Notes: a model not told the origin generated them from the letters alone. A stretch of 63,193 nt of DNA, filler included, from Reclinomonas americana ATCC 50394 (GCA_048213135.1; 13 parts of 13 records of this genome joined end to end with filler, not necessarily neighbours in it), one strand, 5' to 3'; shown: positions 25,213 through 38,334, counted from the first letter of the whole stretch. A program made the numbers and translations.

Positions 25213-28200
25213 ATGGACACGCAAAAGCAGCAGGTGAGTGTGAACTGCGTGTCACGAGTGCGAGTGAGATGGCGCTGAGAAAAGTGCGTGCTGTGCAGGA
25301 ACTGTCGCGCATGCTCGCGGCCATGGGCCACGAAGCCGTCGAGCGCCTTCGCCGTGCCTCGGTGCTCATCACTGGCCTCAGTGGACTTGGTGCAGAGATT
25401 GGTCAGTCTCCCTCTCCCTCTGTCTGTTCATCACAGGGCGTCTCTCACCCCAATGCGAAATCAGCCAAGAACCTCGTCTTGTCAGGCATCCAGTCACTGA
25501 CACTGCATGACGATCAGGCGACCACATGGAACGATCTCTCGTCGCAGGTGCACTCGCTCTTTCCCCTCTGACTGCTGTCCACTGCACGTTGGTCGCTGAG
25601 TGTTGTCCGCATGTAGTTCTTCTTGGGTCCGGACGACGTGGGCCAGAACCGCGCCGAGCGCAGCTACGCAGGTGTGGCCGAGCTCAACCCCGACGTGTCG
25701 GTGCGTGTCAACACGGAGGGCGCGCTGCCGAGTGACGAGCTGTTGCGGTCGCATGCGGTTGTCGTGGTGGTCGACAAGCCGGCGCGCTCGCTGCTGAGTC
25801 GCGTGGAGCGCACGTGTCGCGAGGCCGGCACGCACCTGGTGTGGGCCGAGAGCCGAGGCCCCTTTGGTGGCGTGTTTTGTGACTTTGGACCGGCGTTTGT
25901 GTGCTCTGATGTCGACGGGAAGAGCTGCCAGCCCATGAGCATTCTCACCATTGTTGCGCACATGCAATTTTCTCTGTCTCGGACACAGCTCGCTTTCTCT
26001 GACACTGTTGATGCAGACCGATCATGGTGAGGTGGTGGTGCACGACAGCACTCCGGCGGACAACGTGTACCGCGGCTCGCTGGTGCGTTTTGTGTGTGTG
26101 TGTGTGTGTGTGGTCCTCCGTCTTTCGTGTTCGTGTCCGTGCTGAGTGGTGGCGTCCGGACAGGTGGCCTTCTCCGAGGTCGTCGGCTGCGAGGGCATCA
26201 ATGACAGGCAGCTGCGCGTGGAGGAGGTCCACGGCAACACCATCATGGTGGGCAAGCTGGCGGATCATGGCATCACTGGCGAGTACGCCAGCGGCGGCTT
26301 GGTGCGACGCATCAAGGAGCCGAAGACCATGGCCTTCGTTGCGTCATTGCAGAATGCACTCTTTCGCCATCATACATTCACTCACATCTCCTCACACCAC
26401 ACCAGAAACCGCTGAGCGAGTCGATTGTGTCGCCCGACTTCAACGTGGAGACTGGCGAGCTGAAGGATCACCTGCGACGCGGCGTGCACCTCGGTTTCCA
26501 GGCCATTCACGAGTTCGAGGCTGAGGTCGGCGGCCTTCCTCGCTCGGCTTCCGTCGTTGCGTTTTGTTGTACACGCTTTTCTGTTTGTGTGTCACGGCTC
26601 ACCTTCTGCGCACCCCCAGGAGGATTCTGAGCGCGTCATTGCCATTGCGCGCCGCTTGGCCGGTGACGCCGCGCCGCTTGACCGCGACGAAGTGGACGTG
26701 GTGCGCACGCTGTCGTTCTTTGCCCGTGGCAATCTCAACAGCATGGTCAGTGTCGCCGTTTTTCTTCCTACCCCCTCGTTGTGTGCTGACCTTTCTCTCT
26801 CTCTCCCCCATAACAACAGGCTTGCGCTCTCGGTGGTTTCGTCGCGCAGGAGGTTGTCAAGGCCGTCTCCGGCAAGCTGCAGCCGTTGAAGCAGTGGATG
26901 TACCTCGACGTGTGCGAGATCCTTCCGTACGACGCCCCGCTGCCAAGTGCCGAGTACGAGCCTGTTGCGTCGCAGTTGACACCCCACTGTGCACTCCACT
27001 CGCTCACCTCCACCCCCCCCCCCTCTTTCTCTCTCCCGCAGCGCAACAACCGCTACGACGGACAAGTTGCGGTCATTGGGCACACGCTGCAAGACGAGCT
27101 GATGAACAAGAAGATCTTTGTGGTTGGTGCCGGTGCACTCGGCTGCGAGTACCTCAAGAACCTGGCACTCATGGGCTGCGGCTGCGGTCCCGACGGCCTC
27201 GTCACGGTGCGTACACCTATGCACCACGTGCATTTTTTTCTGATTCACTCACTTGCTCGCTGAGCAGGTGACTGACATGGACGCCATTGAGACGTCGAAC
27301 CTGAATCGCCAGTTCCTCTTCCGCCGCCACCACGTTGGAGTTCGTCCCTTGTGCCCCCCATTCACGTGTACCGCCGCCCATGTTGCTGATCTACCTCTCC
27401 CCTCTGCGCAGCAAATGAAATCCAAGGTGGCCGGTGAGAGCGTCAAGCGCATCAACGCCGACTTCCACGTGCGTTCGTTGGAGAACCGCGTCAACGATAC
27501 CACCGACGCCACCTTCTCCGAGGAGTTCTGGCTCTCACAGAACCTGGTGCTCACTGCCGTCGACAGCTTCGAGGCGCGTCGTTCCATCGAGAAGCACTGT
27601 GTGGCCGCGGGCATTCCGTTCTTCGATTCGGGCACTCTGGGTGTGGAGGCTCACTGCCAGGTTTGTACATGTGTAGCGCTCTATGTCGACACACGCTCTA
27701 ACGACATCAATACTCTCTGCAGCCCATTATCCCCCGCTTGACAGTGCTCTTCACTGCCCATCGCGACTCGCCCGACCGCAAGGAGATTCCAGTGTGCACG
27801 AAGAAGTACTTCCCGTACCAGCCGGAGCACACGATTCAGGTCTGTTGATTGATTTAGTGTTTGTTGTTGTTGTTGCCACTCTACTCATCCTCTTCTGCTC
27901 TCTCGGACCTGCAGTGGGCACTCGACGAGTTCGCCAATCACTTCACCCTCATTCCGCAACGCGCCAACGCATACATCACCGACGGCGCCATGTTTGAGGA
28001 GAAGTTCAAGGGCATGGAGCGTGGCACGGTGCGTTGAGAATCAAAAATAATAATCGTCTGCCTGTGTCACTTGGCTAACTCGCATGCACCTGGGGACACA
28101 GATGGTTCGCCAGCTGCACTCGTTCCTGGTGGCCGACCACGCGAGCACATTCGAGGACTGCGTCGTGTGGGCACGCAAGCTGTTCGACGAGTACTACCTG

Positions 28201-29585
28201 CGTTCAGTGCGTGTCCTGCTGCAGACGTACCCACCGGGGTGCCTCGACAAGCACGAGCAGCCGTTCTGGAGCGGCACCCGCCGTTTGCCGCAGGAGATCG
28301 CTTTTGACCCGTCTGACCCTGTGCATGCCGATTTCGTTGTCGCCGCCTCCATCCTGCGCGCGCAGACTATGGTCATTGACGATTCGCTGATCCCTCGCCT
28401 GCCGCTCGCCGCCCTTCGCGAGCATGTCATCTCCATTGCCACGGCGCGTGAGAGTGCAGCTGGCGCATCGGCCGCCGAGGAGGAGGCTCTCGCTGCCTCG
28501 ATTGCCTCCGCTCTGGAGGCAGAGGCGGCCGACGAGCATGCCAGCAAGGCCGGCACGGTGTCGGCGACACGCACCCAGGGCCCGCAGCGCTCGGCTGCCG
28601 CTCGCCTTCCGGAGCTGCCGTCGTCGGAGGAGCTGCACGGGCGAGTGGTACCACCTCGCAGCCTCACGTTCGAGAAGGACGAGGTCGGCAACTGGCACGT
28701 GGAGTTTATTCAGACGGCCAGCAACCTGCGATCGCGTTGCTACCGGTATGTGTGCCTCCTTTTTTTGCGGCTTTGCTGTCGTTTACAATGTGCTCATGTA
28801 CTCGGTCTCTCCGCACAGTCTGCGTGAGGTGGACCGACTGGAGGCGCAAGTCACTGCTGGTCGCATTGTGCCGGCGCTCGTGACCACCACCGCCTTTGTC
28901 ACGGGTCTCTCAGGGTTCGAAGTGCTGAAAGTTGAGTGTTGTGCGATTCACTTTGATCGTGTTGCATGAGCACTGAAATGTGTGTGCATGCACAGTACCT
29001 GCAAGGCAAGGGTGTGGAGTGCTACATGTCCTCGTTTATCAACCTCAGTGTTCCGCAAGTGCTCGTCATGTTTGCCGACGCCTGTGGCACGGTGAGCGCG
29101 CAACTGACTTGCCTCAATGGCACCGTAAATTGCATGCTTATTCGTGTTTTTGCAGTACGATTTCGCCGGTCAAGAGTACACGGCGTGGGACTCGATCCGT
29201 GTGGACGCTGAGGCGGCGGCGACTGTGGGTTCCTTTGTTGACCATCTGGAGCGCACATACGGAGTGATTGTCGGCTCTGTGGCCGGTGCCGACAACACGT
29301 TGTGGTACATGGACATGTGGAAGGGCGACAAGTTGGCGACGGGTCGTGCCAAGACGTTGCGTAGGCTTGATGGTGACGATGGGTCGTCTTTGATGTGCTG
29401 ATGGTGATCACTCCGGAAAAAAATGCAGATTTGCCGAGTTGCAGGGCGCCAGTTCGTCGTCAGCAGCTCCGCAAAAGTGGCTGCAGCTGCACGTGTCGGT
29501 CGACCGCGGAGAGACCATGTACTCGACGCAGCCGGTGCCTGGCGAGACCGTGCGCATGCCGGCAGTCTTTGTCGCACTGTCTTGA
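25213..29585 (+). CDS. Ubiquitin-activating enzyme E1 (UBA1/UBA6 family), divergent, 19 exons
   Basis: [77 protein letters not shown]; catalytic IPVCTKKYFP..EHTIQWA (Cys codon 27795); FEKD; AGRIVPALVTTTA; C-terminal UFD-like region. Confidence 0.95.
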
Positions 29586-29706
29586 TCAATCACACACACG
29601 CACACACGCACACGCACGTCCTCAACTTTGAAGCAATAATACAAGAGCGGGTGTTCGTTCGCTGCATCAAACAATTTTGCCACTTATATTTTTCTCGTCT
29701 CGCCAT

Positions 29707-32700
29707 TCAATCTGCTATCTGCTGCCGGTCTGCGACGGGACACGGCGTCAAGAAGATGCCACACCTGTCAATCGGGCAACAAGAGCGTGTCAGAAGCCAA
29801 CAGGTGGAATGGCGCACGACAGAAGGCTACGTAACGGCCAGTCACCACCTCGTGGCTTCACTTGCAAACAACGGAAACAGAATTCGGTGCCACACTGTTG
29901 CGCGCGGAGAGAGTGAGAAGGCACTTTTCGTATTTTAGCAAAGCGTGAATACGTACCCCTGCTCGTGTGCATCGCACATGCTTGCAGGCCTCGGCGTGCT
30001 CTGCACAGCGCCCGAAACCATGAGCGACAGAAGCAAGAGTTACACGCACAGACAACGCACCGACAAGGGTATGACATCTGGGGCACGCGCGAATCGCCGG
30101 CACGGTACCAGGCAAGCCGCTGATTGTCTTGGTGCCGCATGTACGTAGCACGACGCTTACACCCGACGAATCGCAGTCTGCATTGCCACACCAGCGTCCG
30201 TCGGCACCCGATCGCCACGACCTCTCACAGCGCAAACAAAATCTACGGGTGCGCGCGCACACACACAATCGTCGTGAATACCACCGCCTGATGACATTGC
30301 CACACTGCAGAGAGAGGGAGAGAGACGCAACTCGGTACTGCACAGGCCACAAGTGATGCGCCGCAGGTTCGGATCTTCAGGCATGATGGAAGCTTGGCAC
30401 TGCCGACACACACACCCAAAGCACTGGTAAGAAGAATAGATGCAGAGTGGCTGGCAATCACTGGCGAGTGCGACAAACCCGGCTGTTCGGGCACGTCTTG
30501 GCCTTGCCGGTGAGGAATTGTCGATTCAGCAAGTCAAAGTACTGGTGCGACAACTCCTCGAATCGCGCCTCGCTGGCGGCACTGGTGACCACGTCCAGTG
30601 GAACGACTGCCAGTGCACGAGTGAGTGGATGAAATCAGTTCACGCGCACGAGACGAGGAAGCGCAACTGGCTTTGCATCCACCGCGACAGCAAGCCAGTG
30701 GCCGAGTCGAGTCCTCTCGAATGAGAAGCTGCAATTGTGCACGCATGCACTCGGCGTGCACGCCGTGCGAGCATGGCAGGCGGTACACAGTGCCCTCGTT
30801 ACCCGTGCAGTACTCGCACGTGCATCCGCCAGTCGTCTCCAGTCGCACATTGCTGCGCATGGTCGGCATGGGCCCGCCGCCGCTACCACTTGCCGCAGCC
30901 GCTGCTGCTGCGCTGGCCGGCGCCTCTGCCGCTCTTGCCAAGCGACGCATGGTAGGAGGGGCCATTGTCATGTCCTCCAGCTGGAGACATCTGCGCACGG
31001 AGGGGTAGTGAGCAAAAGACGGCGAACATGCTGAGGATGGAGGCGGCCGAGGAGTCGCAACTCCAGTGGCATCCACTGTCCGCGATTGGCGAATGGCGCA
31101 AGGTCGGGGCACTCGTCGGGCACGAAGGCGTCGGATTGAAGATCGCGATCAAAGGTAACATAGCTGCAGAGCGATTTAGCGTCAGCGCACAACTACAGAC
31201 AAACTCGTGCACGGCATGCACTCACCATGGTGGTGGGTACGCCTCGCCTCGCAGATCTGGTGGCGGCAAGTAGTCGACGTGTTGCAGCACTCCACGATCT
31301 GTGCCCCAAGAGCGCATCAGATGAACACGTAGCGTTCACAAACAGTGTGCTCACGCGCGCCACTCACCACCAACTCGCACGGTTCCGTGTGGCCGAATGA
31401 CATTCACACGCTCGCCGACACGAGTACGCAGCTGCTCGCAGTACTCGTCCAGAGCGGCGGCATCAATGACTGGCTCTGCGGCGCGCTTTATCAGTTCATC
31501 TGGTACCACCACAACCACCACCACAACAACAGCAAGACATGCAACTCCACCTTCAGGAATGACTGGAGTCGAGCCCGACGCCGCTCCAACAGCACCGCCA
31601 CCAGGCACTGCAGGTACCGCTGCCGGTTGGGCTCCAACCACGACTCGGATATCACTGCGACACAAGAAAGGTCAGTTGACTCTACATACAAGAGCGCACG
31701 ACGAGCGACGCACGAGTCATTGACCCAGAAGCCGCTCTCTGCGCGACAGCCGGCCAACGCAGCGCGCATCGGCATGGCGCTGTCGGATTGCAAATCGGCG
31801 CGTTCCCAGCTCACATAACTGCATGAAAAATGAGAGTGAGCCACACGCTCATACCAACAAGCGCAAGGCAGGAGAATATGCACTCACCATGTCGGCGGGT
31901 ACTCGTCGTGCTCCCACAGCGTTCCCTTGTCTGTCGATTTCGCCAGCAAACAAATAAGTTCATCGTCGCAACCACGCTGCTGCGATGCACAACTCACCGC
32001 CAACATTGACGGGCCCCACGGCACGGATGCACTCGACCCGTGTGCCAATGCTGATTTGGCCGGCGCCACCTCCGCCACCACCGCCGCCGCCGCCTCCACC
32101 GCCGCCACTACCAATGGCACCACCACCACCCAGTCGGCGCAGCAAGGCCAGCGCCTCATCCCGCCGCTGGTGCCGAATGATGCGTAGATCGCTGCGACAC
32201 ACACTCAGCAACAGCATGCTGCACAATAGACAAAGAGACGCGCCACACTCAACCGGGGGAACACCCAGTAGCCGTGGCTGCGTGGACACCCCGCATCCAC
32301 CGCCTCACGCGGCACGAGGCCGCTCGTCCACCGCAAGTTTCGATCCCACGACACATAGCTGCACAACAGTCAACAACAACCCTGTGCCGCACACGCTCAC
32401 GCAGCAAAAAAACGCAACAAGCCGCCACGCTCATGACTGACAATGAACGTTCCCTTGTCTGCATGCCACGTACTCATCAGTGACAAGCATAGTGGGGCGG
32501 GAGACCCTCCACACACAACACACCTCCTTGTCGCACAGCAGCATCCTGCATGCGTATGCACTCGACCCTGTCAAACATCTCAATCGACTCCTCCACAAAC
32601 CCGCCATACGCGTCGCGGTCGCCTCCAAAGTCCGCCAGCGTGAGGATCTCATCCTCCTGATCATCCACTTGCGGCGCCTCCTCGTCTCCATGCCGCTGAT

Positions 32701-32951
32701 GCTCTTCCTCACCTCCTCCTCCACCACGAAGTTGCTGCTGTTGCTCTTGCTCATGCTCTGTGTGTGTGTGTTCGGTTAGGGATGCATCACTGTGTGGCAC
32801 AACACGCGATGCGTAACGAATGAGGCTGCCCAGCAGCAGCAGCATAGCAAGATCCTTTTGTATGTTCCACGCACACACACACGCACACATGACGTTGTCA
32901 GATGGAGTGTGCAGTGACTGCGGAAACTCTGTACGCAACTTGCGCGTTCAT
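29707..32951 (-). CDS. RBR E3 ubiquitin ligase with three CPH/SH3-like modules
   Basis: Three RVxxIR..V..GD.G...YV[ST][WF][DE]R modules; RING1 CEYC..YRLPCSHGVHAEC; IBR; RING2 IRACPRCHTLVEHAEACKHVRCTRAGCGTEFCFRC; ends CPVADRQQIAD*. The start codon is tentative. Confidence 0.88.
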
Positions 32952-33346
32952 CTTCTCGTTGTCTGCGGGTATGCGTTTCACACACACACAGAAAGAGAGA
33001 CACGCCCACAGAGGCACACACAGCAGCGCGCGTGTCTGTCTGAGTTTTGAGCGCCGGACGACAGTGTGTGTGCGGACGGAGCTCGCGCGCTGGACGTGTT
33101 CCATTTGTTGCTGCAACTGCAGTGTGAGTGCCGTGTTTGTGTGCGTGGTGTCTCTGTCTGTGCGTGCGTGTGTGTGTGCGCTCTGCTGTCTGTGCCTGTG
33201 TGACTTGCGTGTGCATGAGAGTGTGCCACGTAATGTGTGTTAGTGTCCGCCTGCCTCCTATTCTCACTTTTCTCTCTCTCGCATTCGCATTTTCCAGAGG
33301 CGTGCTGTGTGTGCGCGTGTGTGCGTGTGTGGAGAGAAAGTCACAA

Positions 33347-35358
33347 ATGAGCACCGAGTGCCGCGTGTGCTTCCAGTCGTATTCGTCGGAGAGTCATGCG
33401 CAGCCGAGTTACGTTTGTTTCTCCGCGTGTGGCGCGTGCGATGTTTTTGTGCTCACTGTGTGCCGTGTCGCGCACTCGCTTGTAGTGATCAGCCAGTGCC
33501 CCACTCAGTGCACCATGTTTCGTCACCATCATCATTGCATTCGTGTTCGGTGGTCGTGGATTGACTTTCGTTGTTTGCGTGTGCTGCACAGCTGTCGTAG
33601 CTGCGCGCAGCATGTGACCACTGTGTGCCCCGTGTGCAGTGCGCCAGTGTCGCGTCCGGGTACCGACTTTGTGGTCAATCGCGCCTTCATGGACCTGTTG
33701 CAGCATGTGCCGAGGAACTCGCTCGCCGCGAATACGCCGCCTTTGCAGCTGCCTGCTCATCCTCCGCCGGACGGCGACTGGCCGCGGTATGATGGTCAAA
33801 TGCAGCCGCTTCCGCAGCCGTCGGTGCCGCAGCAGCAGCCGGCACACAATCAGCCGCATGGCCCGCCGCCAGCGCCTGCACAACGCGCAGATGAGGCGGG
33901 CCACCTTTGTGGATCCTGTGGTGCTGTGGGAGCTGCAGCATCGCTGGTGGACCTTGGGTGTGGCCACTACATTCACTCTGCTTGCTTGTGCACTTCTGTG
34001 CAACAAACAATCGAGGAGAATGACCCGTCGAGCACGTTGGTGTGCCAAGTCCGCAACTGCGATATGCGTTTCGTACTCGCCGACGAAGGAAGGCAAAGAT
34101 GCACTCTGTTTTGTCAACTCACACAATGTTCTGCTTGCCTTTCTCTTTCTTTTCTCGCCCAGCAATCGGCTTTGCGGCCATTCACTCCGCCCTCACGCAG
34201 CGCGACCAACGAGATCTGCTTCGATCGTACGACGATTTTCTCGATCGACAGATGGCCAGTGGCTCCAAGTTTACTCCATGCCCGCAGGTGCACCTCAGAG
34301 AGATGTTGGATTGGCGCCTGTTTCGTCTGATAACTCACTTTGCTTCTTGTTCTCTACTCGTGCCTGTCAACGAGCAGTGCCACTCTCTGTGTCAGGCCGA
34401 GAACGGCAACCAGATGTTTGCTCGATGCAACGTCTGTGAGACCCAGTTTTGCTTGCGATGTGGGCAGAATTGGCAGCCGGCGAGCCGCGGAATCGGATGT
34501 GGTAACGCGAACTGCCGTCGGCAGTTCCGCGACCGAGAACTACCGCCGGATTACGATGTCGGTGGTGGCCGTGCGGGTCCTCGTGGTCAACCGCCTGAGT
34601 ACATTGAATTTGGTGGCCAGCGGTATCTTGTGGTTGACCCAGCCTATGTGCCCGACCACGGCATGCAGCGGCCGCCGGGAGTTTTCGACGACCCCATACG
34701 CCCGCCGGACTTGGCGCGGCAGCAACTCGGACTCGATGGTGGTGACAGAGGCTTCAACGGCGACGTTGGGCAGCACTATCCAGCGATCAGCAGACCGCCG
34801 CAAGGCCGCCGTCGCGAGATGCTCCGTCTCGCTGACGGCACGCACGTGATGGCGGTTGCTGTGAGCAATATGCGAGGGCACCGCGATCAGTATTACCATG
34901 GTCATCCTGCGTGGTATAGTCCCACAGTGCGATCGGACGGGATCTCTGTTGGCATGCGGATCCCGCAGAGTCAGGATGTCAATGAGATGCTTGCGTCTGC
35001 ACCCGTGGTGGTGAGCAGTTGGCGAAGGTGCATGCTGTGTGTCTTGTAACAATGCTCACCTTGTTTGTTGGTCCGCAGACCGTCGGCAGTCGAGACATTC
35101 CCATGTATCGTTCATGCCCCAACTGCTCGCTTATTCATGGTTTGCTCCTCTCGAAGTTGCGATGGCGTGCATGCACGAATCTCAGCTCACTCTGCCACCA
35201 CAGACTTGCGAGATCAGCCGAATCCGCCGTACTGCGACTGCGTTTGTGACTTCACCTTCTGCTTTGCATGCTTGGCGAAGGATCCCGGAATTACGCAGAC
35301 AGGCCTTTGGCACGTTTGGCGCGGCAAGTGCCGCGTTGCAGATCGGCAGCATCTGTGA
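33347..35358 (+). CDS. N-terminal RING + RBR protein with a degenerate catalytic loop
   Basis: MSTECRVCFQSY..CPVCSAP..NRAFMDLL; RING1 CGSC..LGCGHYIHSAC; IBR CNVCETQFCLRC; long insert; RING2 YRSCPNCSLIHDLRDQPNPPYCDCVCDFTFCFAC; ends CRVADRQHL*. Confidence 0.82.
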
Positions 35359-35456
35359 GGCGTTCCTCATGATGGTTCACGAATACACTCAAGAAACTCG
35401 CGTTGTGTTCTTGCTGCCCGTTTTCCCCTGCATGTGTATGCATGTCGCCGACTGTT

Positions 35457-37994
35457 CTACTCTGCCACCATATCCGGCACATTCTGTGCGCCCTGTGCGT
35501 GGACGCACGAGGCGTAGCAGGAGAGTTCTCGTCCGTGGTGCAAGGCCCTGTGCAGAGGAACGCAAAAGATACGGCGCCGTTGGTTCGCTGCATGTGTGAA
35601 AGCACCTTGATGTGCACGCAACATGTCGCAGCGCCATGTGTCGGCCACCTCGGGGAACGACTCCTCGAACACGTTGGAGGCTGCGAGTCGTGAGAGTTTA
35701 GGCACTGGGAAAAATAAAGTGTGTAGCTGCCGCTGACACAAACACACACACGCACCGTCACACTTGTCGGAACCGGCGTCGTAGCGCGACCCGCCACCCA
35801 CCAGCGTGGAGCCGGTCGGGCACGAGACGCGCACAATACCAGCGGTGTCGACCTTTTCGCGAACCTACAGTTACAGCACGCTGGTTAGCACAATCGCTGC
35901 ACTTCGTGCGCAGTGAGGCGCAGCGGGTGCCGTGGATCTCACAATTTCGATCTTGCGCTCAGTCGGGAACTTGGCGCAGCGCGAGTAGCACGACGAGGTG
36001 TACGGGGACGAGCCTGAAAGGGGCACATGACAGCAAGTCAGGGCGAATCATGCGTGACAGCATCGTGTGTGCAGTTGAGAATAAGCATACCTGAGATTCC
36101 GACCTTGCACTGCCAGCCGTTGCCGTCGTCGCTAGGACGAGACTCCTGGAAGGCCACGCGTTCAGGCGACTCGCACGTGTGCATGTCTTCAGGCCCAATG
36201 GAGATGCCACCACCGAGAAGCTGTACCGAAGTGAACAAGAGTATAGAAAAAAGCAAACAAAGAAATGTAGCCGTCGCACCTGATATCCAGTCGGGCAGTT
36301 GGCAAGGCTCTCGCCATTGTCGTTCGCATCGTCTCGTGTGGTAACGGCAACTGTTCCAACCGGCAAACGGCAGCAGCGAGCAAAGCATGACCACTTGCCA
36401 CGCTTCACACCCCTGTACAAAACATGCAAGCAGCGAGTCAGTAGTCGGCATCGACAGCTCGCTATCGGAAATGACGCAACGTCTTGCATTGCCATCCGTT
36501 TTCGTACGGGCGACTCAGTCGCAACATGGATCTAGATGCACGTGCAGGAGGAAATGAGTGATCTCACGGTGGAGGGCGGTTTGCAANNNNNNNNNNNNNN
36601 NNNNNNNNNNNNNNNNNNNNNNNNNNNNNNTTAATTAATTAANNNNNNNNNNNNNNNNNNNNNNNNNNNNNNNNNNNNNNNNNNNNTCTCCCTTCGGTCC
36701 AGCCGGTCCGTTGTCACCCTTGGCGCCATTCTGTAGTAGATGCAAACATGAGCTGGGGAGCGCACTCACGTCAAGCCAGCACTATAACGCACCTTGCCAT
36801 CAGCGCCCTTGTCGCCCTTGTCACCCTTCGGTCCAGCTGGTCCGTTGTCGCCCTTGTCACCCTTGTCTCCCTTGGCTCCGTTCTGCATCGCACAGTGTGA
36901 GTCAATAAACAAGATTGAGGATGTGAGCTCGATGCCACTCGCCTTGCCATCAGCTCCGTTGTTTCCCTTGTCTCCCTTGTCACCCTTGTCACCCTTGTCT
37001 CCCTTGTCGCCCTTGGCTCCGTTCTGCGTCACACACATGCATGAGTCGATGAGCAAGACTTAGCGTGTGACTGTTGTCTCTCACCTTGCCATCGGCTCCG
37101 TTGTTTCCCTTGTCACCCTTGTCTCCCTTGTCTCCCTTGGCTCCGTTCTGCATCACACGCAAGCGTGAGTCAACCACCAGGGCTGAGCGTGTGACTGTTG
37201 TCTCTCACCTTGCCATCAGCTCCGTTGTTTCCCTTGTCTCCCTTGTCACCCTTTGGCCCGGCCGGTCCAGTCTGCAATGCAAGGGCATAGAAATGCATCA
37301 ATAACAAAGCAAGACTGAACGTGCGAGCGTGTTGTCTCTCACCTTGCCATCAGCTCCGTTGTTTCCCTTGTCTCCCTTGTCTCCCTTGTCACCCTTCGGT
37401 CCCTTGGAGCCCTTGTCCCCCTTCGGTCCCTTGGAGCCCTTGTCTCCCTTCTGCCCCTTGGAGCCCTTCTGCCCCTTGGAGCCCTTCTGCCCCTTGGAAC
37501 CCCTCTGTCCCTTGGAACCTTTGTTGCCCTTGGAGCCTTTGTTGCCTTTGGAACCGCGGTCGCCCTGCGGCCCCATGGGCAAGAACACACGAAGTCAGCG
37601 CGCGACGTCGATGCGGTGTGTGGACACAACACGTCCGTGTGGCGTACCTTGTTGTTGGTCTCTGCCAGATTCTCGGATTGATCTTCGTCGTCCTCCTCGA
37701 TGTTCTCGCTGTCGCTGACAAGCTCGTCCATTTGTTCCTGAAGATCTTCTGTCACGCACACGAGTGGTGTGCAAGTCAAGCACTGGCCTTGCACGGGCAA
37801 CTGATACTCGCTCCTCACCTTCCGCTGCATCCTCGTCCATGACGAGTTCTTGCTCACCAGTCACATCCTCAGAGAGGTCAAACCAGTCATCTTGGGCGAC
37901 GAGGACGTCAACGGTGGCTGGCTCGGAAACTGCGCATGCGCCGACATCAGTGATCAAGGGGGTTGCATGGCCTTCTGCACTGCACGAACACGCA
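35457..37994 (-). CDS. Collagen-like (Gly-X-Y) protein with a duplicated Cys-containing C-terminal module; 5' end lies in the gap
   Basis: Acidic region, then (GSK/GQK/GDK/GPK)n exons. After the gap are two CPTG...LGGG...ES.P....W.C modules. Assigning both sides of the 36587 gap to one gene is inferred from strand and position. Confidence 0.8.
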
Positions 37995-38334
37995 NNNNNN
38001 NNNNNNNNNNNNNNNNNNNNNNNNNNNNNNNNNNNNNNTTAATTAATTAANNNNNNNNNNNNNNNNNNNNNNNNNNNNNNNNNNNNNNNNNNNNCGCGAG
38101 CGGCAGACACGGGCCAGTGAGAGAGAGAGAGTTCCCGGCAATTTTGTACAATCTCGTGTTCTTGATCACGTTCATGGTCAACTGCAAGCGCGTAGCGACG
38201 ACGATCACTGCGTGTGGCTGTGCACACCGAGTCGCCAATACAGCAGACGAGACGATCAAGCGGGACGGCCCACAGCTGCACCTCGGTCTGGATCGCGGAA
38301 ATTTCAGCGCCATCAATCTTCCGTCGCACACACA

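Noticed and set aside
25953..29362. Reading the shifted donors as G|TT...AG non-GT introns
   Set aside because: Keeping the frame would move the acceptor off AG and change the conserved Phe-Lys at 26338. GT-AG is simpler.
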